Shown: positions 1-8,535 of the stretch, piece by piece
Numbering within the stretch: the first letter of the stretch is position 1
How the letters are laid out: each line of letters begins with the position of its first letter
IMG/VR virus record: IMGVR_UViG_3300042934_000354
Direction: 5' to 3' (one strand)
Source: an uncultured virus (IMG/VR IMGVR_UViG_3300042934_000354)
Lineage: Duplodnaviria; Heunggongvirae; Uroviricota; Caudoviricetes
DNA length: 64,000 nucleotides
Position numbers and translations under genes: made by a program
Notes under the pieces: model-generated
What the model saw: the letters and a program-made list of their open reading frames with translations, nothing else
Database searches by the model: none
Told to the model about the DNA's origin: nothing

Positions 1-71
1 TCAGCTGCTTCTCTTTGGGTTAAACCACGCTTCTCACGAAGCCATTTTACACGCGCAGAAAAAATATCCAA
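1..71 (-). CDS. XRE-family HTH repressor, N-terminus only (runs off window)
   Basis: SD AGGAGTG then TTG start; reads MDIFSARVKWLREKRGLTQREAA; divergent from the HTH gene at 156. Confidence 0.75.
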   Translation of the reverse strand, partial: MDIFSARVKWLREKRGLTQREAA

Positions 72-127
72 AAAAATCACTCCTGTGTCTTTACATAGAA
101 ACCAAAACGATATATTATTAACTCAAG

Positions 128-144
128 GTATCCAACTAGGATAC
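128..144. promoter_or_regulatory. Operator palindrome GTATCC-N5-GGATAC
   Basis: Perfect inverted repeat between divergent HTH genes; degenerate copy at 381-396 at the end of the cro-like gene. Confidence 0.6.
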
Positions 145-155
145 ATTATAAGGAG

Positions 156-383
156 GTGGGAAAAGAAATGGCTATGCCGAAAACTAAAATTGCTATGATT
201 CGCAGACAAAAATTCCTTAGTCAAAAAGAAGTTGCCACTCACTTGAAAATGTCTGTTGTTAACTACTCCAAGATTGAAAGAGGGGAGAGAAGGCTAACTG
301 TGGATGTTGCAAAACAGCTTGTAGATATATTCAAACTAACCTACATTGATGAACTGTTAGATGATAATCCTTTAGCAAGTTAG
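156..383 (+). CDS. Cro-like XRE HTH protein
   Basis: HTH_3 pattern LSQKEVA...YSKIERGER. Confidence 0.85.
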   Translation: MGKEMAMPKTKIAMIRRQKFLSQKEVATHLKMSVVNYSKIERGERRLTVDVAKQLVDIFKLTYIDELLDDNPLAS

Positions 384-442
384 CCTAAAAGGATACTTTT
401 CATTCTACAGTTGTAAATTATTTTTTACAAGGGAGGATTCCG

Positions 443-826
443 ATGATAGAAGCATTTACAACATGGTACGAAAAACATAAAGCTACATTTGATATGGAAA
501 ACGAAATAATCGCTGACAAACTTTCACAAGGGATCAACGGCATCGAATGGCTTGTCTTACAGACGGAAGTAAACAATCGCAACTCAGAAAAACTCAAGTA
601 TTGGTTGGAACTTATTAGCGATATTGAGGGAAAGAATGCTGAGGATGTAATGAAAGATGCGTTGCAAATGAACCATGAAGAATTCTACAAGAAACACGAA
701 CTAAATTGGTGGATAAGTGTTAAAGATACACTGACATACCTAAGACTTATGAAAGAAAGAAAGTATGATCGTTATTTTATGTTCATCCAAAAATTAAATA
801 TTAGGGAGAATGAATATGACAATTAA
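443..826 (+). CDS. Hypothetical protein
   Basis: GGGAGG SD, 127 aa, coupled to the next gene. Confidence 0.7.
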   Translation: MIEAFTTWYEKHKATFDMENEIIADKLSQGINGIEWLVLQTEVNNRNSEKLKYWLELISDIEGKNAEDVMKDALQMNHEEFYKKHELNWWISVKDTLTYLRLMKERKYDRYFMFIQKLNIRENEYDN

Positions 827-1574
827 AAGTGATGTTCTAGTTGAAAGTAAATCAATGCGTGAATCGGTAATTGATAGAGAAGAAGTTCTAGAAAAGGTTA
901 AAAAGTTAAGTTTTTTATCTGACAACAGTAGTTTGACCATCGAGATGGCTGCAAATTATTACGAAGTAGAAAAATCAGTTATCGAGATGACAATCACCCG
1001 GAATAGAGACGAGCTTGTAACTGATGGTTTGACTGTACTTAGAGGCAGTGAACTTACCAAATACAAGTTGGAGAGTGTTATTCCTAAAAATACTCCTTCA
1101 TTAACGATAATGACGAAAAGAGCATTGCTCAGAATAGGAATGATACTACAAGAAAGCGATGTGGCAAAAAGTGTGAGATCGTATTTATTAGACTCTGAAC
1201 AAGATAAAAAGGATACTTCAATAAACTCATTAAGCCCACAATTGCAATTTCTAATTCAAATGGAGCAACGAACTAACGAATTGGAGAGCAAACAGGCAGA
1301 ATTGAACCAAGCATTCACCCACCTTTCCTTGGTGGTGGACAATGAAGTCTGGATTACGGATCACCAAAAGGCGGATATCAAACAAGCTGTACTTAGCCGC
1401 GTAGGACATTTAAAAAGCCAAGCAGTTGACGCCCACTTCCAAGGTGCATTCAGCGATCTAAATAAATTCTTCAACGTACCTAAATACGATAAGATCAAAC
1501 GCTCAGACTACGCTCAAGCGATGGAATTCGTAAAAGGATGGTTCCCTAAACGCAAAGAATCCACTTCTCTCTAA
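810..1574 (+). CDS. Phage antirepressor-like protein with C-terminal ORF6C-type domain
   Basis: C-terminus FNVPKYDKIKRSDYAQAMEFVKGW resembles ORF6C and matches the C-terminus of 14101-14724. Confidence 0.75.
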   Translation: MNMTIKSDVLVESKSMRESVIDREEVLEKVKKLSFLSDNSSLTIEMAANYYEVEKSVIEMTITRNRDELVTDGLTVLRGSELTKYKLESVIPKNTPSLTIMTKRALLRIGMILQESDVAKSVRSYLLDSEQDKKDTSINSLSPQLQFLIQMEQRTNELESKQAELNQAFTHLSLVVDNEVWITDHQKADIKQAVLSRVGHLKSQAVDAHFQGAFSDLNKFFNVPKYDKIKRSDYAQAMEFVKGWFPKRKESTSL

Positions 1575-1679
1575 ATCCCTGGCAGGAACAAGAAGTGGAT
1601 CACATCGAGGGCAGCGCCCTTACACCCACATTGTAACATTACACCACGAACACGGCAATGCCCTCCACAAGGAGGAAGT

Positions 1680-1799
1680 ATGGAAAATAATCAATTTGTA
1701 TTGACACCGGAAAGTATAATAGAGGTACTAGGCCCAATGTCTAAAAAAGATATTCAGGAGCTAATGGATCGGTTTCGCAAAGGACTTATACATCAATAA
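1680..1799 (+). CDS. Small hypothetical protein (39 aa)
   Basis: AGGAGG SD; MENNQFVLTPESIIEVLGPMSKKDIQELMDRFRKGLIHQ. Confidence 0.45.
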   Translation: MENNQFVLTPESIIEVLGPMSKKDIQELMDRFRKGLIHQ

Positions 1800-1805
1800 T
1801 CATTC

Positions 1806-1879
1806 AAGGGTATTCCGCAAATTGCGGAGTGCCCTTTTTATATACAAAAACTAACAGGGACCCTCTGGGGTCCTTTTTG
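1806..1879 (+). terminator. Two tandem intrinsic terminators
   Basis: GGGTATTCCGC-aaatt-GCGGAGTGCCC-TTTTT and GGGACCCT-ctg-GGGTCC-TTTTT. Confidence 0.65.
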
Positions 1880-1900
1880 CATGCCAAAAGGAGGGTTAAA

Positions 1901-3505
1901 ATGTCCAGCATATTCAACACGGACGCCTGGAAAAAGGCTGTGCAGACGTACAAATCCAAGTCTCCAACCCCGTCTGTACCTTCAACGCCGATTGGTGCGC
2001 TTGCGGGAGTGAGCCAACCTGCACCGCAGCCAACACCCGCCACACTTCCGCCAGCAGCAATACAGGCCGCCAGCAACGTGAGGTCCGGTAAAATGTCTGT
2101 ACCAACAGTCCCGGAATCCGCAAAGGTCGCAGCGCAGAAGATGGTAACCAGGACATCCCAGCAACCTCGTACTGAGCAAGCACTGTCGGCACAGGCGGAT
2201 CTCGTGAACACACCGTTCAGCTACGACCCTACCTCTGATCCGGCCTATCAAGCAGCACTACGGGCCGCACAGCAGACGCTTGAGGTAAACCAGAAGAATA
2301 CAAACGCGCAGCTACGTGCTACGGGGCAGGGAAAATCCTCTTACTCCGAAACGGTAGCCAATCAGTTAGCGAATCAAAGTTCGGAGAACATCGCAAATAA
2401 CGTATTACCGGTATACGCGCAGCAGGCCTACCAGCAGTACCAGGACAGCATCGGCAACCAGCGTAACCTGTACAGTGACTACAACCAGCAGGACTTCCAG
2501 AATCCGATTACAGAGTCCAGCGTAACCGGTAATTATATGCCTGCCGAAGCAACTGCAGCCTACAAGCAACTAATAGCTAATAAGCAAGCCGCAGAGTCAC
2601 CAACGATCACCCGGGATGAACGTGCAGCCATCAGCAGCGAAACGGACGCACTCCGGGCCACGCTGAAGCGTCTTGGCATTGATATCAGCGGACTGGGTGC
2701 AGATAAGACATCGGCACAGGCAGGGGCGGTTAATCCAGGTATTCGCACACTGGCCGGACAGAACCAGGACTTGGCTGCAAGCAATCAGACGTTCAATCAG
2801 AAGCTTTCCACGCGGCAGCAGGACTTTAACGAAGGGATCACAATGGCTGATCTCACTGGATCTATCAATGGTAAGGCAACCACGGCAGAGCAGCAGCGGC
2901 AACTCACAAATCTCTGGACCGTGGCTGAACAAACCGGAACAATACCAGATACATTGGCCGATCAATATGGCATCCCACGGGGAACACAGACTCAGTCAGC
3001 GAAACAACTCGCAGCTCAAATTGCGAATGATGTTCGTGGGCTCGACATATCACAGCAGAATGCAGACACATCACAAGCCAACGCAAGCAGCAGCATAACC
3101 GGTAACACGTTCAACCGATACCTTGATATCTGGAAGGCCACCGGAACCGCGCCATCCGGATTAGAGGCGTATGGTGTAGAGGCTGGATCTCCGTGGTACG
3201 AAGGTGCACAAAACATTAAAGAAGGCGGGTTAACTGTTAACCAAGTAATTGACAATGTTAAATCTTTGTATCAGGAACCCATTACTAGGAAGGAAATAGA
3301 TCCTTCCACTTTAAAAATGATAGAAACAGATACAGGCAAAACAAAGATAACTTCAGACCCGGCTCAAAGGAAAAAAATGTTCGACAATGTAGTCGATTCC
3401 GGTTTAGGCAATAACGAAACGCTTCAAGCCCTGAATTCACTCGGATTTACTAAAGCCGAAATCCAAAAGTTTTACGATGAAGGAATCCAATCATCGGGGG
3501 AGTGA
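1901..3505 (+). CDS. Putative internal virion/DNA ejection protein (Q/A-rich)
   Basis: AGGAGG SD before ATG 1901; homolog of 45038-46546 (FSYDP.DPAYQAAL, IRTLAGQNQDLAA); position matches podoviral ejection genes. Confidence 0.7.
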   Translation: MSSIFNTDAWKKAVQTYKSKSPTPSVPSTPIGALAGVSQPAPQPTPATLPPAAIQAASNVRSGKMSVPTVPESAKVAAQKMVTRTSQQPRTEQALSAQADLVNTPFSYDPTSDPAYQAALRAAQQTLEVNQKNTNAQLRATGQGKSSYSETVANQLANQSSENIANNVLPVYAQQAYQQYQDSIGNQRNLYSDYNQQDFQNPITESSVTGNYMPAEATAAYKQLIANKQAAESPTITRDERAAISSETDALRATLKRLGIDISGLGADKTSAQAGAVNPGIRTLAGQNQDLAASNQTFNQKLSTRQQDFNEGITMADLTGSINGKATTAEQQRQLTNLWTVAEQTGTIPDTLADQYGIPRGTQTQSAKQLAAQIANDVRGLDISQQNADTSQANASSSITGNTFNRYLDIWKATGTAPSGLEAYGVEAGSPWYEGAQNIKEGGLTVNQVIDNVKSLYQEPITRKEIDPSTLKMIETDTGKTKITSDPAQRKKMFDNVVDSGLGNNETLQALNSLGFTKAEIQKFYDEGIQSSGE

Positions 3506-3924
3506 TAAGCCCTACGGCTTCGGCTAGTGGGGCTAAATCAAACCAATATTTAGGCGGAACACTTAAAGACAAGGGAGACGTATTTGAAGCAGCAGCAGCA
3601 AAAGAGGGTATCGACCCTGCATTGTTAAAAGCTATTGCGGTACACGAAACAGGAAATGGAACTAACCCAGGTTCTAAAAATAGGAACAATGTGGGCGGCA
3701 TGATGCGCTCAGACGGCAAAGGGCAGCAGAGTTTTGAAAGCATTGATGAAGGCATCTATGCTCTGGCGTCCTTGTTAAGACGGATGTACATCAGTCAGGG
3801 GTTAGATACAATTGAGAAGATTCAAAAGCGATATGCACCGAACGGTGCGGCTAATGATCCAACTAATCTAAACAGTTACTGGACGAGTGGAGTTAAAAAG
3901 TACTACGACTTATTCTCGAAGTAG
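3502..3924 (+). CDS. Peptidoglycan hydrolase domain (GH73 glucosaminidase-like), probably expressed as a -1 frameshift extension of the upstream gene
   Basis: AIAVHETGNG...NNVGG...F.SI.EGI...KRYAP...W motifs; no well-spaced SD. Confidence 0.7.
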   Translation: MISPTASASGAKSNQYLGGTLKDKGDVFEAAAAKEGIDPALLKAIAVHETGNGTNPGSKNRNNVGGMMRSDGKGQQSFESIDEGIYALASLLRRMYISQGLDTIEKIQKRYAPNGAANDPTNLNSYWTSGVKKYYDLFSK

Positions 3925-3934
3925 GAGGTGAACC

Positions 3935-6900
3935 ATGACACTTGATTTCGAAGCACTACGCAAGAAACGCGGCGTGACCACTTCAGGAACAGGGGAATTT
4001 GATTTTGATGCATACCGCAATCGGAAAGTTACTGAAACGCCGGATGTTGAAAGAGTAACCGTTAACCCTATCTTGAAGAGTACGCTCAGTGGAGTGGGGA
4101 TCGGTGAAAAGCCAATGGAATTCCCTACTTATAGCCGTGCTGTTACGCCGAAACCAGAACCGAAAAAAGAAGAAAAAAGCACACTGAGCAAAGTCCTGGA
4201 TAACGTCAATGCATTTACGGACCGTGCAGCGAGCGCCACGACATTCGGCGGTACCGACCTTGTGGATCGATTGTTTGAGAAATTTGGACCTAAAGCATAT
4301 AGTGACGAGCTTAAAGAAAAAAGAGAGCGTTCCGAAAACCTTGGAGCAGCTGGGGCCGCAGCAGATGTGCTCGGCTCTCTGGTAAGTGGGCAGGCGGCAT
4401 ACAAGGCGGCAGGTGCGGCAGTAGATCCTTTAATCAAAACGTTACCTAAATTGACACAAAGTTTGATACGTGGAGGCGCTGCCGGTGCGGCGTTTGAATT
4501 TCCGCGGCAGGCTAATCAAGAAGCTGCGGAGTACCTGGGTGGAGCGCAGCAGAGTGTCCCGCAGCGCCTTAAAAATGTGGGCTTATCGGCGGCTCTTGGC
4601 GGTCTCACTGATTTAGGTATTGGCGCAGGCGGTCTCGCTGCATCTGGGATCAAGAACCCTGTGCTTGGTAAAGCGGTGGGCGGCGGTATCGGCGTAGGTA
4701 GCTTGGGCGCTGCACTGGGACTTGCAAATGAAGTCCAAGAAAAGGCGTCAGGACAACAACAATCTTTTGGTGGCAGGCTGGCGGATATCGGAAAGTACAC
4801 ATTGGCCGGGGCTGGATTAGGGATTGCTGGAGGTACAGCGGCAGCTACATTTATGCGTAACAAAGGTGTTCCGGAAGAAACGATTGCTGAAGTTCTCGCG
4901 CTACCAGAAGGACGCGGAACGATCCGTCAATCGGCTGCAGCTGAACGTGCCAGCGTACCGGCCGGAACTGATCCAATCATTAACCCATCTGACTTTACTC
5001 CGGAACCTCTGGGATTGCCGCAAGGTAACACTGTGGGGCCGACTGTGGCGCGCCGGGCAACGCAGACGAATGTTTATCGGCAGAAGTTTGAGAACCTCAT
5101 AAGAGAGGCACAGAAGCGTGAATTCAGCCCGGGACGCGAGGACATCGAGCTTGAAAACCTATGGTCTCAGATGGCTGAACGCAACGATCCGGGCTTAGAT
5201 GAACTGGTAGATCTGGCCTATCCGAAGCGCACCAATGTGCCACAACGAGGTATGGTTGGCGCGGCCAGGTCAAATCAGGAAATGCGTGAAGTGGCAGGAG
5301 TGGGCAATCCAGTCCGGAGCAGTGCCGACCGTAACCCTTCACAGGTGATCAGCCCGGCCGCGGCACCACAGACAGTTGCCGGACGCGCCGGAGGTACACC
5401 GCGAGCTGAAATATCTAGTATTCCGGATGTTCCTGTTTCTTCAGCACCGAGACAGCCCGTCCAGGAAAATGTTCCAACCCAAGCCATGAGCCGGGAACAG
5501 GACATCATGAATCGTATTAACAATTTGACACAGGATGATATTGAATACATCCAAAGTGGCCAGTTTGATCAGACGAAGTTACCTCCGGAAGTCTCGTCTA
5601 TCAGCAGACAGGAGCCAGCGGTAAGAGAACAAACTCCACTTGTAGATGCTGCTCCGGATGTAAATGCTCAACCGCAGAGCCAGGACATGTTCACGGATCT
5701 GTTCGGCGATCAGGGGTTAGGCATTTCATCCGGAGGAAGCTCAGCAAGAGTCGGTTCCGGACCGGTAGACACCGCAGATCAGATTGTCCGGCGCGGTATC
5801 AAGAACGACAAGCAAGGCATAAAGCAGGCGGCGGCAGCACAGGCTCGGGCGACCTATCAGAACCTTGTCGATAACCTTGATCCATTAAAACGGATCAGCG
5901 GTGACACATATGAGTCTGCTATGGATGCCACCCGGGCCAATAACCTTGCAAATACTGTTGTTCGTGACAAATTCGTGAATCTTGAAGGCGAAGTGATCGG
6001 CAACAGTTTGAACGATATCTTTAAAAAAGTGGCGCGGGGACAGGATAAGAACTTTATTGATTACCTCACGCTGCGACATGCAAAAACGCGCATGGCCCGG
6101 GGAGAACGGGTGTATGCAGAAAACCTTGATATGACTCCGGATAAGGTGCAGCAGCGCATCGACACATTAAACTCCCGTTACCCTGGATTCGAAGAGATCG
6201 CGAAGGAATGGGATAAATTCAATGATAACGTGCTGCGGGAGATCGGCGTAAAGGAAGGGTTGCTCTCGAATGAACTGTACAATGCGCTGCGGAAGAAGAA
6301 TCCGAATTACTCCCCAATGCGCCGGCAGTTCCTTCGTTCAGAAAAGCCCGGAAAGAACTTCATCCAGAAGACAACAAAATCATCATTCAGCGGTCAGAAA
6401 GCACCAATTCAGCAAGTCAGTCCTACCGGGTCCGTCCGGAACATCGTAGACCCGCGCAAATCCACCATTGAGTCCGTGGGCGCATGGACTAATGCAGCCC
6501 TACGTAACCGGACGATGCAGTCTATGGTAGATGCGATCAAGCGAGATCCGGAGGCATTCAAAGGTGTCGCTGAGATCATCCAGCAGCCGAAGAGTAAGGT
6601 GAATCTCAAGGATGTACTCACCAATGGTGGTCAGGACGACTTCTTAGAAGCGCTGGATGCAGACTTTAAGGACCTGTTCAGCACCGCAAAGGTAGACGGT
6701 GATAATGTAGTTCGAGCAATGGTCAACGGGGAACCGGTACACATCAAGGTACAGGATCCGGAGATTGTCAAAACGCTAATCGGCATGGGTCCACAGGCTT
6801 CCAACATCCTTATTGACACCATGTCTGCATTTTCTAACGCGACCAAGCGCGGTGCAACCGGTCTGCTGGCCCCGGCTTTTGCCATCAAGGGAGCGACAAT

Positions 6901-8386
6901 GGACCTTGCACAGTCTGCTATTCAGTCCAAAAACCCACCGAAGCAGATTGCATACACAATTTATTCCATCTTCAGCGGTATAGGTGATTCGCTGGGCATT
7001 AAAGGACTACGGAATTGGGCGCAGGAGTACCGCCGTGCTGGTGGTGGATACACAGCATCGCTAAAAGGGGATCGGCGCTTAGACACGGGAATATCCGATA
7101 TGACACGATACCCAAAATTGTCACCACAGAATGCAGTTAAAATTGGAGTAAAGGCCGTAAAAGCACCATTCAAAATACTCGAAGGAATAGGTAATATCGC
7201 TGAAAATGCACCGCGTATTGCTGCATCGAAAATAGAACGGCAGAGCCTCGGTAACCAGATCACGCCGCAGAATATCAGGCAGGCCATGAGCGCCGGGCGT
7301 GAAATTACTGTTAACTTCAGCCGGAAGGGTGCACTGACCCGGGATATTGAAGCATTCGTGCCTTACAACAATGCTGCAGTTCAGGGAACGTATCGTGTGC
7401 TACGTGCATTTAAGAATAATCCCGTCCGGACTGTGGCCGCAATCGGCACGCTAGCGGTACTTCCGAAGCTTTATGAATATTCCAAATTCGGTGATGATCC
7501 GGACTATCAGAATCTACCGGCCCGAGACCGTACGCGGTTCCTAATCGTCAAGAAGAACGATGATGGTACATTTGTCCGGATCCCAATGGAGCCAGCCTAC
7601 AACAGCTTTGGGGAGGCGACTATTGAAGCCTTAAGGTATTTCAAGGACAATGACCCAACGGCCTTCAAGGGAACAATGGACGCTTTGGCGAATGCCTGGA
7701 CACCTCCACTTGTGACTGGTGCGCTGCAAGGAGCAACTAAGGGTGGCGGAGCAGAGGGAAGTATTGCTGGGGTGGTCAATTCAACAGTAGCCGCACCGTT
7801 TGTCGCCTCTGTAGCAAACCAAAGTTTCACCGGTGCTCCTATCGTATCTCAGTCTCTCCAGGACCGCAGCAGACCGTATCAGTATGATGAACGCACCAGT
7901 GCTGTAGCGAAGAAGTTAGGACAGACGCTGGATATGTCGCCTCAGAAGGTAGATTACATTATTAAGGCGTACGGTGGAGACTTGGCCCGATTGGTTTTAC
8001 CATTGACTTCCGATCTTGGACAGGGCAACGTCCGAAACACGCTGCTGAAGAACTTCATTGTAGATCCGGAATTCAGCAACACCTTGACGGATGACTTCTA
8101 CGATGCCAAGGACAAACTGAATCAGGCATACGCTGATTTCAACGAGGCCGGGGCAGAATTACCTAAGTGGTATGATGATGACCTGAGAAAGGCGCTTAAT
8201 TCGACTGCGAAAGGATCGGTATCGAAGGAGCTTGCCGGACTGCGCGATTACAAGAAAGAAATCACCGCTGATAAATCACTGACAGACAAGCAGCGCACCG
8301 AGAAACTCCGGGAGGTTCAGAAGCAGATCAACGAAATCTACATCAACATCAACTCTGCGCTGAAAGAGTATGGGGTAATAAAATGA
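3935..8386 (+). CDS. Large ejection/polyvalent protein with LPD38-like C-terminal region
   Basis: 1483 aa; REITVNFSRKG...FVPYNNAAVQG and RIPME motifs; homolog of 46967-51514. Confidence 0.7.
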   Translation: MTLDFEALRKKRGVTTSGTGEFDFDAYRNRKVTETPDVERVTVNPILKSTLSGVGIGEKPMEFPTYSRAVTPKPEPKKEEKSTLSKVLDNVNAFTDRAASATTFGGTDLVDRLFEKFGPKAYSDELKEKRERSENLGAAGAAADVLGSLVSGQAAYKAAGAAVDPLIKTLPKLTQSLIRGGAAGAAFEFPRQANQEAAEYLGGAQQSVPQRLKNVGLSAALGGLTDLGIGAGGLAASGIKNPVLGKAVGGGIGVGSLGAALGLANEVQEKASGQQQSFGGRLADIGKYTLAGAGLGIAGGTAAATFMRNKGVPEETIAEVLALPEGRGTIRQSAAAERASVPAGTDPIINPSDFTPEPLGLPQGNTVGPTVARRATQTNVYRQKFENLIREAQKREFSPGREDIELENLWSQMAERNDPGLDELVDLAYPKRTNVPQRGMVGAARSNQEMREVAGVGNPVRSSADRNPSQVISPAAAPQTVAGRAGGTPRAEISSIPDVPVSSAPRQPVQENVPTQAMSREQDIMNRINNLTQDDIEYIQSGQFDQTKLPPEVSSISRQEPAVREQTPLVDAAPDVNAQPQSQDMFTDLFGDQGLGISSGGSSARVGSGPVDTADQIVRRGIKNDKQGIKQAAAAQARATYQNLVDNLDPLKRISGDTYESAMDATRANNLANTVVRDKFVNLEGEVIGNSLNDIFKKVARGQDKNFIDYLTLRHAKTRMARGERVYAENLDMTPDKVQQRIDTLNSRYPGFEEIAKEWDKFNDNVLREIGVKEGLLSNELYNALRKKNPNYSPMRRQFLRSEKPGKNFIQKTTKSSFSGQKAPIQQVSPTGSVRNIVDPRKSTIESVGAWTNAALRNRTMQSMVDAIKRDPEAFKGVAEIIQQPKSKVNLKDVLTNGGQDDFLEALDADFKDLFSTAKVDGDNVVRAMVNGEPVHIKVQDPEIVKTLIGMGPQASNILIDTMSAFSNATKRGATGLLAPAFAIKGATMDLAQSAIQSKNPPKQIAYTIYSIFSGIGDSLGIKGLRNWAQEYRRAGGGYTASLKGDRRLDTGISDMTRYPKLSPQNAVKIGVKAVKAPFKILEGIGNIAENAPRIAASKIERQSLGNQITPQNIRQAMSAGREITVNFSRKGALTRDIEAFVPYNNAAVQGTYRVLRAFKNNPVRTVAAIGTLAVLPKLYEYSKFGDDPDYQNLPARDRTRFLIVKKNDDGTFVRIPMEPAYNSFGEATIEALRYFKDNDPTAFKGTMDALANAWTPPLVTGALQGATKGGGAEGSIAGVVNSTVAAPFVASVANQSFTGAPIVSQSLQDRSRPYQYDERTSAVAKKLGQTLDMSPQKVDYIIKAYGGDLARLVLPLTSDLGQGNVRNTLLKNFIVDPEFSNTLTDDFYDAKDKLNQAYADFNEAGAELPKWYDDDLRKALNSTAKGSVSKELAGLRDYKKEITADKSLTDKQRTEKLREVQKQINEIYININSALKEYGVIK

Positions 8387-8535
8387 TCCAGTATGACGAA
8401 GCAGAATTTCTAAACCAAGCAGTATCAGACGAGACACTCTATCTGGTGCTGCTTTTTTGCGGCCCTGAAGTGAGGGACAAGTTACTATACGGCGGTGACG
8501 ATATTGTGGAATTGGATACAGTTTCTAGTCTATGA
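8383..8535 (+). CDS. Small acidic protein (50 aa) leading the lysis cassette
   Basis: ATGA overlap with the upstream stop; MIQYDEAEF matches MQYDETEF at 51514-51672. Confidence 0.55.
   Translation: MIQYDEAEFLNQAVSDETLYLVLLFCGPEVRDKLLYGGDDIVELDTVSSL

Noticed and set aside
3935..8386. Many short minus-strand ORFs within the large virion genes
   Set aside because: Shadows of the long plus-strand genes, with no independent signals
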